The position numbers and the translations under genes were made by a program. From contig CAVTKS010000002.1 of NCBI GenBank assembly GCA_963735375.1, forward strand, positions 68,569 through 132,568: a DNA stretch of 64,000 nucleotides, written 5' to 3'. Below the pieces are notes generated by a model. That model was not told the DNA's origin and did no database searches. It saw only the letters and a list, made by a program, of their open reading frames with translations. The DNA comes from an uncultured Acidimicrobiales bacterium. GTDB taxonomy: Bacteria; Actinomycetota; Acidimicrobiia; Acidimicrobiales; VFJN01. This document shows positions 9,597 to 19,463 of the stretch, piece after piece (the first letter of the stretch is position 1; each line of letters starts with the position of its first letter).

Positions 9597-12500
9597 CGGC
9601 CCCTCCTGACCAGGCAGCCCGCGATCGCATCGTCGAGCGGTTGGACGAGACCCTGTTCGTCCAGGCCGGCGCCGGTTCTGGCAAGACGCGCGCGCTCGTC
9701 GATCGCATCGTCCGCCTCGTCACCTCCGGCACCGCAGGGCTCGACGCCATCGCCGCCATCACCTTCACCGAGAAGGCGGCCGCCGAGCTGCGCGATCGGG
9801 TCCGTCGCCGTCTCGACGACGAGCTCGCGAGTGCGCTCGAGAAGGGCGACAGCCTCCGGGCCGGGCGGTGCCGCGCCGCGCTGGCCGACCTCGACAGCGC
9901 CGCCATCGGCACGCTGCACAGCTACGCACAGCGCGTGCTCACCGAGCACCCCATCGAGGCCGGGCTCCCCCCACGCATCGAGGTCCTCGACGAGGTCGCG
10001 TCGGCGGTCGCGTTCGACGACCGGTGGAGCCGCTTCCTCGACCAGCTCCTCGCCGACCCCGCCGTCGAGCAGGCTCTGCTGCTCGCCACCGCCGCCGGCG
10101 TCAAGACCGCCCACATGCGGCTGATCGCCCTCGCGTTCAACCAGAACTGGGACCTCGCCGAGCTGTTCGCGCCGACCGAGGCCCGAGACATCAGCCCCTG
10201 GGCCGACGAGCTGACCACGCTCCTCGACGACATCGACGAGGCGTGCCGCCAGCGCGACCAGTGCGCCGACGCCGACGACAAGCTGGTCATCCAGCTGACC
10301 GAGCTCCAGACCTGGTCTCGGCGCGTGCGCGACGCGAGCGACGAGTTCACACGTCTCGCCCTGCTGGGCCGCAACAGCGGGCGGCCGTCTCCCCGGGCCA
10401 ACGGCCGCCAGGACAACTGGCGCGGCTTCGACGTCAAGTCCCTCAAGGATCGCTACAACTCCTTCCAGGAGCGCATCGAGGGGTTGCGCCGCCGTGTCGT
10501 CGATCAGGCCGTCGGCCGGCTCGCCGTCGACCTGCGCCGGTTCACCCTCGAGGCGGCGGGCGAGCGGCGAGCGGCGGGCGAGCTCGAGTTCCACGACCTG
10601 CTCGTGCTCGCCCGGCAGGTGCTGCGCGACCCGGCGAACGGCCCGGCGGTGCGGGCAGCACTGCACGGGCGCTACCGCCACCTCCTCATCGACGAGTTCC
10701 AGGACACCGACCCCATCCAGGTCGATCTGGCGGTGCTCATCGCCGGCTCGGGCGCCGTGGCGGCCGACACCCGCTGGAACGACCTCGACACCCGCGACGG
10801 CCACCTGTTCTTCGTCGGCGACCCGAAGCAGTCGATCTACCGGTTCCGGCGCGCCGACATCTCGCTGTTCCTCCACGCCGCCGAACGGTTCGGTGCCGGC
10901 GACCGGTCGCTGTCGCTCACCACCAACTTCCGTACGGGGCGCTCGGTCATCGACCTCATCAACGGCATCTTCGGCGAGCTGATCCGCGAGCAACGGCACG
11001 ACGGCCTGCCGTCGCAACCTGCCTATGCGCCCTTCACGGCCGTGCGGACCGACGCTCCGGTCGGGCCGCCGGTGACGGTGCTGGGGCCCGACGCCCACGA
11101 CGACGCTCCCAACGCCGCAGAGGTGCGCCGGCGGGAGGCGGCCGACGTCGCCGAGGCCATCACCCGCATCGTGGGGGACGGGTGGCTCGTCGACCGGGCC
11201 CCCCACGGTCCGTCGCCCGACTGGCAGCCCGCCCGGGCCGGCGACATCACGATCCTCGTGCCCACGCGCACGTCGCTGCCTGCGCTCGAGGACGCGTTCG
11301 TCGCGGCAGGCATCTCGTACCGCGCCGAGTCGGCCTCGCTCGTGTACGCCAGCCGGCTCGTGCGCGACCTGTTGCTGACGTTGCAGGCGATCGACGACCC
11401 CACCGACGAGCTGGCCACGGTCGCCGCCCTGCGGTCCCCGCTGTTCGGGTGCGGCGACGACGACCTGTACCGCTTCCGCCGCGACCACCACGGCAGGTTC
11501 GACCATTCGCGTGCCCTGCCCGCCACGGCCGGTGCCGACGACCCGGTGGCGACAGGTCTCGCCTACCTGGACGAGATGCACCGGGCACGACGCTGGCTGT
11601 CGCCGAGCGAGCTCGCCGACCAGGTCGTGCGCGATCGTCGCGTGCTCGAGCTGGGCGAGGCCGAGGGCCGCGCCCGCGACCTGTGGCGGCGGGTGCGCTT
11701 CGTGCTCGATCAGGCGCGGGCGTGGACCGACACGACCAACGGCACGCTGCGTCAGTACCTCGGGTGGGTCCGCCAGCAGACGGCCGAGGGCAGCCGCGTC
11801 TCCGAGGCGGTGCTCCCCGAGACCGACGACGACGCGGTGCGCATCATGACCGTGCACGCGGCCAAGGGTCTCGAGTTCCCGGTGACCATCGTGTCCGGGC
11901 TGTCGACGCAGCCCCAGCGCCAGAGCGCCGGAGCCGAGGTCGTGTGGCCCCCAGGGCAGGACTGCATCATCCGCATCGGCCAGACGGTCGTATCCGATGC
12001 GTTCGAGTCGTGGAAGCCCATCGACGAGCAGATGTCCCACGACGAGCGCATCCGCCTGCTCTACGTCGCGTGCACCCGGGCGCAGGACCATCTCGTCGTC
12101 TCCCTCCATCGCAAGGCCCGCAGCAGGCCGGTCGACGACTCGGCCAAGCTCACCAGCGCCGAGCTGCTGGCGGCCGCGCTCGGCGACAGCCTGGCCGACC
12201 TGCCGACCATCGCCGCGGGACCGCCCGCCGCACCCGGCGGTCCCTCGCCTGCCGACGCCGGCTCGTCCGAGGCCGACGCGACGCAGGGCACCGTGACGGG
12301 GACCGCCGCCGATCGCGACGGCGCCGAGATCGACGACCTGCCCACGTTCGACGAGTGGCGGCGGCAACGCGACGAGGCGCTCGCGACCAGCGAGCGGCCC
12401 CGCACGGTGGCGGCGACGGCGTTGACCGAGGACGGTCGGCCCGACGCACGGTCCGACCCTGGGCTCGACAAGCGCCCCCGCGACCTCGACCTTCCGCCGT

Positions 12501-13078
12501 GGCAGAAGGGGCGCTACGGCTCCGCCATCGGTCGCGCCGTCCACGGGGTCATGCAGACGATCGACCTGGGCCGCCGCCCCACCGCTGGCGACAGCGGGCG
12601 CGACCACATCGACGACGCCGTCGCCGCGCAGGCCGCCGCCGAAGGCGTCATCGGTCACGAGACCCACATCCGGGCTCTGGTCGACGCGGCGCTCGAGTCG
12701 CCCACGGTGGTCGCCGCCGCAGCCAGCCCGCACTGGCGCGAGCTGTACGTCGGCGTGCCGCTGGGCGACGGGCGCACCCTCGAGGGCTATGTCGACCTGC
12801 TCTATCGCCGGCCCGACGGTCTGGTGATCGTCGACTACAAGACGGGCCCCGCCGGGGTCGACGCCGACCTCGACCCGCTGGTCCAGCGGTATCGCCTCCA
12901 GGGTGCGTCGTACGCACTCGCCCTCGGCGACGCCACGGGCGAGCCGGTCGTCGAGATGGTCTTCGTGTTCCTCACGCCCGGAGGTGCCGTCGACCGGCGC
13001 CTGCCCGATCTCGCGCAGGCGGTCGCTCACGTCCGCCGCCTCGCCGCTGCCGGCGACGACGGATTGAGCACGACATGA
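9593..13078 (+). CDS. AdnB/AddA-like UvrD-family helicase with C-terminal RecB-type nuclease domain
   Basis: Walker A (QAGAGSGKT), UvrD helicase motifs (FVGDPKQSIYRFRRAD, VHAAKGLEF) and a C-terminal IVDYKTG nuclease motif. 1161 aa. Confidence 0.85.
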   Translation: MTAPPDQAARDRIVERLDETLFVQAGAGSGKTRALVDRIVRLVTSGTAGLDAIAAITFTEKAAAELRDRVRRRLDDELASALEKGDSLRAGRCRAALADLDSAAIGTLHSYAQRVLTEHPIEAGLPPRIEVLDEVASAVAFDDRWSRFLDQLLADPAVEQALLLATAAGVKTAHMRLIALAFNQNWDLAELFAPTEARDISPWADELTTLLDDIDEACRQRDQCADADDKLVIQLTELQTWSRRVRDASDEFTRLALLGRNSGRPSPRANGRQDNWRGFDVKSLKDRYNSFQERIEGLRRRVVDQAVGRLAVDLRRFTLEAAGERRAAGELEFHDLLVLARQVLRDPANGPAVRAALHGRYRHLLIDEFQDTDPIQVDLAVLIAGSGAVAADTRWNDLDTRDGHLFFVGDPKQSIYRFRRADISLFLHAAERFGAGDRSLSLTTNFRTGRSVIDLINGIFGELIREQRHDGLPSQPAYAPFTAVRTDAPVGPPVTVLGPDAHDDAPNAAEVRRREAADVAEAITRIVGDGWLVDRAPHGPSPDWQPARAGDITILVPTRTSLPALEDAFVAAGISYRAESASLVYASRLVRDLLLTLQAIDDPTDELATVAALRSPLFGCGDDDLYRFRRDHHGRFDHSRALPATAGADDPVATGLAYLDEMHRARRWLSPSELADQVVRDRRVLELGEAEGRARDLWRRVRFVLDQARAWTDTTNGTLRQYLGWVRQQTAEGSRVSEAVLPETDDDAVRIMTVHAAKGLEFPVTIVSGLSTQPQRQSAGAEVVWPPGQDCIIRIGQTVVSDAFESWKPIDEQMSHDERIRLLYVACTRAQDHLVVSLHRKARSRPVDDSAKLTSAELLAAALGDSLADLPTIAAGPPAAPGGPSPADAGSSEADATQGTVTGTAADRDGAEIDDLPTFDEWRRQRDEALATSERPRTVAATALTEDGRPDARSDPGLDKRPRDLDLPPWQKGRYGSAIGRAVHGVMQTIDLGRRPTAGDSGRDHIDDAVAAQAAAEGVIGHETHIRALVDAALESPTVVAAAASPHWRELYVGVPLGDGRTLEGYVDLLYRRPDGLVIVDYKTGPAGVDADLDPLVQRYRLQGASYALALGDATGEPVVEMVFVFLTPGGAVDRRLPDLAQAVAHVRRLAAAGDDGLSTT

Positions 13079-15186
13079 CCGCCACCGAACCGATGGTCCT
13101 CCCCCGCGTCGCCACCCGCGGCGACGGCACCGCCCGCGCTCCCTGGGCTGTGTCGGCCCGCGGGCTACCGTCGCCTGCCGTGCCCCCCACCGACGTGTCC
13201 GCCGCCCTGTCGCGCGTCGTGGGGGCCCTGCCGGGCGGTGGCGAGGCCCGCCCCGGTCAGGTCGAGATGGCGCAGGCGGTGGCCGGCGCCCTCGGCAGCG
13301 GCCGCCACCTGGTGGTGCGGGCGGGGACGGGCACGGGCAAGACGCTCGGGTACCTCGTGCCCGCCGTCCTCTCCGGCAAGCGGGTGGTCGTCGCCACTGC
13401 CACGCGTGCGCTCCAGGACCAGCTGGCCGCCAAGGACCTACCGTTCCTCGACCGCGAGCTCGACCGCCCCTTCGAGTGGGCGGTCCTCAAGGGCCGCTCC
13501 AACTATGTCTGCGTCCAGCGACTGGCCGAGCTCGCGCCGCCCCCCACCGATGTCGCCGCCGGCACCGCCGGGGACGCATCGTTGCTGGGTGACGGCACCC
13601 CCGTGGCGGCGCCGCGCCGTGCCGGCGGCGCCGGCGGGGCGGGTGCTGCCGCGCAGCTCGCCCTCGACGGTCTCGCCGAACGCGCCGATCCCGCCGAGCT
13701 CGCCACCATCGCCGCGTGGGCGGCCACCACCGACACCGGCGACCGGGCCGAGCTCGCGACCGAGCCCAGCGACTCCACGTGGGCCGCGGTCAGCACCACG
13801 TCACGCGACTGCCCCGGGGCCCAGCGGTGCCCGCGTGGCGACCGGTGCTTCACCGAGGCGGCTCGCGCCCGCGCGGCGCAGGCCGACATCGTCGTGGTCA
13901 ACCTGCACCTCTACGGGCTCGACCTGGCGAGCGACGGCGCCATCCTGCCCGAGCACGACGTGACGGTCATCGACGAGGCCCACGTCATCGACGACATCAT
14001 CTCGGCCACGACCGGTGTCGAGATCGGCCCGGGCCGGTTCTCGCACCTGGGCCGGGTCCTGCGGGGCATCCTCGCCGAGGCCGGCGACACCATCACCGGT
14101 GTGGTCGACTCGGCGACCGTGCTCACCGGCGCACTGGCCGGGCACCGCGACCAGCGCATCACGACGCCGCTGCCCGATGCCCTGGCGGGCGCCCTCGCCG
14201 CCCTGCGTCGCCGGGTCGAGGCCGCCCAGGTCGCGCTCCGCAACATCCCCGACGCCGCGGGCGACGACGTCACTGCCCGCGCCATACGTGCCCGGCAGGC
14301 CGCGACCGCACTGCTCGACGACCTCGACGCCGTGGCCGCGCCCACCGACGCCCAGGTCCTGTTCGTCACCGGGCCCGAGCACGCACCGGCGTTGCGGCTG
14401 GCCCCGCTCGACGTGGCCGGGCTGCTGCGCGAGCGCCTGTGGTCGCGGCGGGCCGCCGTGCTCACGAGCGCCACCCTCGCACCGGGCTTCGGGCCGCACC
14501 TCGGCCTGCCGCAGCGGGCCGACGAGCTGCTCGACGTGGGCAGCCCCTTCGACTACCCGACCAACGGCCTCATCTACTGCGCTGCTCGGCTCCCGCGCCC
14601 GAACGACCCGCGTTGGGCGGACGCGGCCATCGACGAGCTCGCCGCGCTCATCGACGCGGCCGGCGGGCGCACGTTGGCGCTGTTCACCAGCTACAAGGCC
14701 ATGAACCGCGCGGTCGAGGCGCTGCGCACCCGGCTGCCGTTCCCCCTGCTCGCCCAAGGTGAGCTGCCCAAGCAGGCGCTCGTCGAGCGGTTCAGCCGCG
14801 AGCCCGAGACCTGTCTGTTCGCAACGATGAGTTTCTGGCAAGGCATCGACGTCCCCGGCCCGTCGCTGTCGCTCGTCACGATCGACCGGCTGCCGTTCCC
14901 GCGGCCCGACGACCCGCTGCTGCAGGCCCGCCGCGAGAACGCCGGCCCGGGCGCGTTCGTCACCATCGACGTGCCCAGGGCGGCGACGCTGCTGGCGCAG
15001 GGGACCGGACGGCTCATCCGCACCTCCACCGACCGCGGCGCCGTCGCCGTGCTCGACCCACGCCTGGCGACGGCCCGCTACGGCCCGAAGATCGTCGCCA
15101 CCCTGCCCAAGATGCGGCGTACCCGCGACAGGGCCGAGGTGGAGGCGTTCCTCCGCGAGCTGCGCACGGCCCCTGCACCCGCCTGA
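13075..15186 (+). CDS. dinG: DinG/XPD-family ATP-dependent DNA helicase
   Basis: ATG 13075 overlaps the upstream stop (ATGA). Motifs: VRAGTGTGKT Walker A, VIDEAH box, and a 4-Cys cluster (C..CPGAQRCPRGDRC). 703 aa. The track ORF 9868..15186 is real only from 13075. Confidence 0.85.
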   Translation: MTATEPMVLPRVATRGDGTARAPWAVSARGLPSPAVPPTDVSAALSRVVGALPGGGEARPGQVEMAQAVAGALGSGRHLVVRAGTGTGKTLGYLVPAVLSGKRVVVATATRALQDQLAAKDLPFLDRELDRPFEWAVLKGRSNYVCVQRLAELAPPPTDVAAGTAGDASLLGDGTPVAAPRRAGGAGGAGAAAQLALDGLAERADPAELATIAAWAATTDTGDRAELATEPSDSTWAAVSTTSRDCPGAQRCPRGDRCFTEAARARAAQADIVVVNLHLYGLDLASDGAILPEHDVTVIDEAHVIDDIISATTGVEIGPGRFSHLGRVLRGILAEAGDTITGVVDSATVLTGALAGHRDQRITTPLPDALAGALAALRRRVEAAQVALRNIPDAAGDDVTARAIRARQAATALLDDLDAVAAPTDAQVLFVTGPEHAPALRLAPLDVAGLLRERLWSRRAAVLTSATLAPGFGPHLGLPQRADELLDVGSPFDYPTNGLIYCAARLPRPNDPRWADAAIDELAALIDAAGGRTLALFTSYKAMNRAVEALRTRLPFPLLAQGELPKQALVERFSREPETCLFATMSFWQGIDVPGPSLSLVTIDRLPFPRPDDPLLQARRENAGPGAFVTIDVPRAATLLAQGTGRLIRTSTDRGAVAVLDPRLATARYGPKIVATLPKMRRTRDRAEVEAFLRELRTAPAPA

Positions 15187-15237
15187 CGGCGGCGGCCGGC
15201 GAGCGGGCGGCAACGGGCGGCCGGCGCGGCCGGCGCC

Positions 15238-16182
15238 TCAGAACCCCAGCCGGTCGAGGGCGCCGGGTCGGCGCTGCCAGTCCTTGTCGACCTTGACGTG
15301 CAGCTCGATGTAGGCGCCGTCGGGCAGTTGCTCGCGCACCGCCGTGCCCACCTGCTTGAGCACCGAGCCCTTGTGCCCGATCACGATGCCCTTCTGCGAC
15401 TCGCGCTCGACCAGGATCTCGCACCGGATCAGCGGCCACTCCCACTCCGTGACCCGCGTGGTGATCGAGTGCGGCAGCTCGTCGCGGGCCACGGCCAGCA
15501 GCTGCTCCCGCACCAGCTCGGCCACCCAGAACGCCTCGGGCACGTCGGTGACCATGTCGTCGGGGTAGTAGCGCGGGCCCTCGGGCAAGCGTGACACCAG
15601 GTGCTCGACCAGGGTGTCGACCCCGTCACCCGTGCGCGCCGACACCGGGAAGTACTCGGACAGGTCCAGCTCGGCGGCCGCCTGGAGCTGATCGAGCACC
15701 ACCTCCGGCCGGGCTGCGTCGACCTTGTTGACCACCACCACCGCGTCGCGTGGCACGCGGGACGCCACCCACTTGTCGCCCCGGCCGAGCGGCTGCGTCG
15801 CGTCGATGACGAACGCGACCACGTCGACGTCGGGGATCGTCGACTCGGCGGTGCTGTTGAGCCGCTCGCCGAGCGGGGTGCGGGGCTTGTGGATGCCGGG
15901 GGTGTCGACGAACACCACCTGGGCGTCCGGCCGAGTCAGCACGCCCTGGATGCGATGGCGGGTGGTCTGCGGCTTGTCGGAGACGATCGCCACCTTCTGG
16001 CCGAGGATGCGGTTGAGGAGCGTCGACTTGCCCACGTTGGGCCGACCGACCAGCGTCACGAACCCGGACCGGAACCCCTCGGGCGTCGGCGAGAACTCGG
16101 GCAGCGGGTTGTCGACCGGCGCGCTCGGCTGGTCGGCCGTGCGCGGGTGCTCGGACGGATCGGCTGCCTCGGGTCGGTCCAC
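15238..16182 (-). CDS. era: GTPase Era
   Basis: GRPNVGKSTLLN, DTPG and NKVD motifs with a KH-like C-terminus. 314 aa. Confidence 0.92.
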   Translation of the reverse strand: MDRPEAADPSEHPRTADQPSAPVDNPLPEFSPTPEGFRSGFVTLVGRPNVGKSTLLNRILGQKVAIVSDKPQTTRHRIQGVLTRPDAQVVFVDTPGIHKPRTPLGERLNSTAESTIPDVDVVAFVIDATQPLGRGDKWVASRVPRDAVVVVNKVDAARPEVVLDQLQAAAELDLSEYFPVSARTGDGVDTLVEHLVSRLPEGPRYYPDDMVTDVPEAFWVAELVREQLLAVARDELPHSITTRVTEWEWPLIRCEILVERESQKGIVIGHKGSVLKQVGTAVREQLPDGAYIELHVKVDKDWQRRPGALDRLGF

Positions 16183-16247
16183 GTCGCTGACGCTAACGGG
16201 GACGCGCGGCGAAGCCCCCTGCGGCGATGGCGAGGCTCATCCGATCG

Positions 16248-17741
16248 TCAGCCGCCGACATCCGTGGTGGCGAGGTTCACGACCGGGTTCTCACCGCTGA
16301 ACAGGCCCCACTGCGACTCCCAGCCGGGCACCTGCCAGAGGTGGCCCATCCACATCGGCTTGTCGAACGGCATGCCCTTCTCGCCGCCCACCGATTCGCA
16401 CATGTCCTCGGGCGTGCTGTCCGGGCCGACGACCAACGCCCCGATGATGCAGAGGGACGGATGGACGTGCCATTCGTCGTTGGGGCCGACGAAGCCTTCG
16501 GGAGGCTCGTCACCGAGCACCGCGTAGCTGAGACCGACGAGCACCGAGGTCGGCTCGTTGCCGTTGTACAGCAGCATCTCGGGCTTGGCGGAGTCGAAGC
16601 CGTCGCTCTGCAGCAGGTCGACGTTGAGGTAGTGGGCGCCGATGCCGGGCACGTACGGCGTCACCTGGAAGTACCCGGCCGCCACGGCGTCGGCGGCTGT
16701 GCCCATCTGGCCGATCACGACGCCGGCGGTCTGCAGCTGCTCCTGCAGCTCCGCCTGGTCGGCAGGATCGGTGATGGTCTGCCACTCGGTGATGCCGTGG
16801 GAGTGCATGGTCGGCTCGTCGCCGCCCCCCTCGGTGCCGTTCTCGGCGAGGAGGGCGTTGTTCACGGACCACTCGACGAACTCGGCGATGCGCGCTTCGC
16901 GCTCGGCCTCGGGCACGTCACGCAGGGCCCGCGACCGGTTGCGGATCTGCTCGGCCAGGTACTCGATGTTGATCTGACGGACGCGGGCCACCTCGTCCTC
17001 GGGCAGGTACCCGGTCAGCGCCGCGAGACGCTGCTCGTTCCAGTCCTCCGTGCTGCCCGCGCCCGCCGACTCGCCCTCGGCGGCGCCACCGTGGGCGTGC
17101 CCGTCGGCGGCCTCGGCGGAGCTGCCCGTGCCGTGCCCGTCGTCGTGGCCCTCGCCCGCACCGTGGGCATGGCCGCCACCCATGGAGGGCACGACCGAGG
17201 CGGTCACCACGGCCACCATGGCGAGCGCCGGCAACCCGGTCACGGCGAGCGCCGGCCGCCGCACCTCGCGCTCGGCCAACCAGCCGAGGGCCACCGCCAG
17301 AGCGCTCACCGCTGCGATGACCTCGAGACCCGATGCGAGCGAGTCGGGGAACCCGACGGCCTCGGCGTCCTCACCCGGGAGGCCCGCGGTGCGGGTCAGC
17401 AGCCAGAGCGCGGCAACGCCGGCGTTGAGGACCGCGGTGCCCAACAACCAGGTGCGCTGGGGGCGCCACGAGAACGCCAGCGCCGCGGCGCCGAGGAGCT
17501 GCGACCACCCCACGACCAGGAAGAACACCCCGTGCGAGGTCTGCTCGCTCAGGTGGTCGGGGGCGAAGGCGAAGTGGATGATGCCCGCGCCGAGCATCGT
17601 CAGCGCGGCCAGCGTGCGGGCCGCGTCCGCGACGGTGGGGTGACCGGTGCCCGGTGTGGGCGCGGGATCCTGTGTGGACCCGGTGCCCTGCGGACCGTCC
17701 GGCGACTCAGATGTGGTGGCGTTGGTCGGCGTGGCCATCAC
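16248..17741 (-). CDS. Membrane protein (about 4 TM), His/Gly/Asp/Glu-rich linker, unknown C-terminal domain
   Basis: 497-aa ORF. TM helices contain His residues (IIHFAFAPDH). Linker is GGGHAHGAGEGHDDGHGTGSSAEAADGHAHGG. The ~270-aa soluble domain has conserved-looking Cys/His/Trp (HVHPSLC, MWMGHLWQVPGW). No family recognised. Confidence 0.6.
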   Translation of the reverse strand: MMATPTNATTSESPDGPQGTGSTQDPAPTPGTGHPTVADAARTLAALTMLGAGIIHFAFAPDHLSEQTSHGVFFLVVGWSQLLGAAALAFSWRPQRTWLLGTAVLNAGVAALWLLTRTAGLPGEDAEAVGFPDSLASGLEVIAAVSALAVALGWLAEREVRRPALAVTGLPALAMVAVVTASVVPSMGGGHAHGAGEGHDDGHGTGSSAEAADGHAHGGAAEGESAGAGSTEDWNEQRLAALTGYLPEDEVARVRQINIEYLAEQIRNRSRALRDVPEAEREARIAEFVEWSVNNALLAENGTEGGGDEPTMHSHGITEWQTITDPADQAELQEQLQTAGVVIGQMGTAADAVAAGYFQVTPYVPGIGAHYLNVDLLQSDGFDSAKPEMLLYNGNEPTSVLVGLSYAVLGDEPPEGFVGPNDEWHVHPSLCIIGALVVGPDSTPEDMCESVGGEKGMPFDKPMWMGHLWQVPGWESQWGLFSGENPVVNLATTDVGG

Positions 17742-17815
17742 GTTGCTGCTCCCCCTGGGGCCGGCGCCCCGTGGGCGCGACGTTACCCGCGGTAAGTGAC
17801 CGGCGTCATAGTGGT

Positions 17816-18274
17816 TCAGCGCACCCGCTCGACCCGTACGCGCACCCCAGCGGCGATCTGCTCGAACCCGATCATCCCCCCGATCGACGGCGGCACGAAC
17901 CGCGGCGGCACCGCGCGAGCGCGCCCCACCACCACGTCGCCGACGCCGTCGCCGTCCTCGTCGACGACGTCGAGCTCGATGACCGTCGACGGGCGACGTC
18001 CCATCTCGCCGAGCGATCCCTCGGCCTCCTCGGCGATGCGGGCCAGCTCGGCCTGGCCCGGCGGACCGTCGGCACCGCCGGCTGCCGCCCGCGAGGCGGC
18101 GTCGTTGAGCGTCGCACGCAGCGTCGACGTCGCGTAGAGCCCGAACATGACCTGCATGGCGAGGAACAGGAACATCAGGAACACGAGGAACCCGATCGAC
18201 GTGCCGAACACGCCGACACCCTCGTCGCCACGGTCGTTGGCCCGCGGGAACCGCAGGGAGGGACGCGGCCTCAG
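17816..18274 (-). CDS. TadE-like pseudopilin (Rv3654c/55c-type); start uncertain
   Basis: N-terminal DRGDEGVGVFGTSIGFLVFLMFLFLAMQ hydrophobic segment typical of TadE/TadG-like proteins. The only in-frame starts are CTG 18274 (overlapping the flp-like stop) or GTG 18211. Confidence 0.55.
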   Translation of the reverse strand: MRPRPSLRFPRANDRGDEGVGVFGTSIGFLVFLMFLFLAMQVMFGLYATSTLRATLNDAASRAAAGGADGPPGQAELARIAEEAEGSLGEMGRRPSTVIELDVVDEDGDGVGDVVVGRARAVPPRFVPPSIGGMIGFEQIAAGVRVRVERVR

Positions 18275-18525
18275 TTGCCGACCTCGCTGATCTTCTCGTT
18301 CGTGTCGGCCTCGATGTTCGTCCACATCGTGCGGAAGCCCACCCACATCAGCGCGCCGATGGCCGCCATGATCAGCACGACGATCGCAGCCGACACGACC
18401 CCTTCGCCGCGGTCGTCGGCGCGGCGCCGGGTGCGAGCGTCGCCGGCCCGGTGGCGGGTGACGACCCACGCCGAGGTGGTGAAGGCGCAGACCCGGAGGG
18501 TCGGGTCCGCCAGCAGTCCTGCCAT
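18271..18525 (-). CDS. Flp/DUF4244-like small pilin-type protein
   Basis: 84 aa. AAGGGA RBS 7 nt upstream of the ATG. Basic leader, then DDRGEG/VVSAAIVVLIMAAIGALMWVGF hydrophobic helix. Its position directly after tadC matches actinobacterial Tad loci. Confidence 0.6.
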   Translation of the reverse strand: MAGLLADPTLRVCAFTTSAWVVTRHRAGDARTRRRADDRGEGVVSAAIVVLIMAAIGALMWVGFRTMWTNIEADTNEKISEVGN

Positions 18526-18541
18526 GAGGTTCCCTTTCGCT

Positions 18542-19453
18542 TCAGGTGTTGGAGAAGAGGCGCAAGGCCTCGATGAACGGCACGGCGAGGAAGATCACGC
18601 CGGGGACGAGGGCGGCGACGGTGACCGGGATCCACACCTGCTGCCCCCGCCGCTCGATGGTCTCGACCAGCTCGCGGTGCACGTCACGGCGGATCGACCG
18701 CGCCTCCTCGCCGATGAGCCGGCCGAGGTCGCCCGCCTGCCGGTTGAGCGACAGGACGCTGACGAGCCGGCGCAGGGCGTCGACGTCGGCGACGGCGGCC
18801 CACTCGCGCAGGGCCTCGACCTCGGTGAGGCCCTGACGGATGCGCCCGGTGACGCGGACCAGGTCGCGCCCGCAGGCACCCGTGCCCCGTGCGGCGAGGC
18901 GCGACAGGGCGGCGCCCAGCGAGTAGCCCGCGCCGAGCAGCATGCCGAGCTGCTCGGCCACCACCGGGAGCTCGAGGAAGATCCGCCGCTGCCACGCGGC
19001 CGACGCGCTGGCCAGGCGTTGCTCGACCACGAGGAACGCCAGGACCGGGGCGCCGAGCACGAACAGCAGGGCGACCAGCCCGGACAGGCCGGCGCCGACG
19101 GCGAGCACGCCGCCGATGACCACTCCCGCCACCGTCCACGCGAGCTGCCGCACCCGGAACGCGGTGACGTCCAACGGCGAGTGCACCCGCTCGAGCCGGA
19201 CGGCCAGGGCCTCGGTCACGCCGAACGTGCGGGCCACCCGCTCACCGACGGCGCGGGCCAATGGACCGATCACCTGGCCGAACGAGGCCGCCGACATGAC
19301 GGCGCCCCGCCGCCGAACGTCGGCGCCGCCGGGGACGTAGGGCGCGAGGCGGTCGACCAGCGGACGGCGTCGGAACCAGCGCAGCTCGCTGAGCAGGAGC
19401 GTCGACCCGACGAACAATGCGAGGACCACCAAGGCGGCGAGCTGCGTGCTCAC
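18542..19453 (-). CDS. tadC: Type II secretion system F family protein (TadC-like)
   Basis: 303 aa with an N-terminal TM, a cytoplasmic helical T2SS-F domain and C-terminal TMs. Sits between tadB and the flp-like gene. Confidence 0.75.
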   Translation of the reverse strand: MSTQLAALVVLALFVGSTLLLSELRWFRRRPLVDRLAPYVPGGADVRRRGAVMSAASFGQVIGPLARAVGERVARTFGVTEALAVRLERVHSPLDVTAFRVRQLAWTVAGVVIGGVLAVGAGLSGLVALLFVLGAPVLAFLVVEQRLASASAAWQRRIFLELPVVAEQLGMLLGAGYSLGAALSRLAARGTGACGRDLVRVTGRIRQGLTEVEALREWAAVADVDALRRLVSVLSLNRQAGDLGRLIGEEARSIRRDVHRELVETIERRGQQVWIPVTVAALVPGVIFLAVPFIEALRLFSNT

Positions 19454-19463
19454 GGCAGGGTCG

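Noticed and set aside
6747-13030. Very long minus-strand ORFs (895 aa and 1186 aa)
   Set aside because: Antisense to the adnA-like and adnB-like genes, whose plus-strand translations carry clear helicase/nuclease motifs. The minus-strand translations are low-complexity.
9868-13074. Upstream part of the 1772-aa ORF 9868..15186
   Set aside because: Out of frame over the adnB-like gene and Arg/Pro-rich. Only the section from ATG 13075 (DinG-like) is protein-like.
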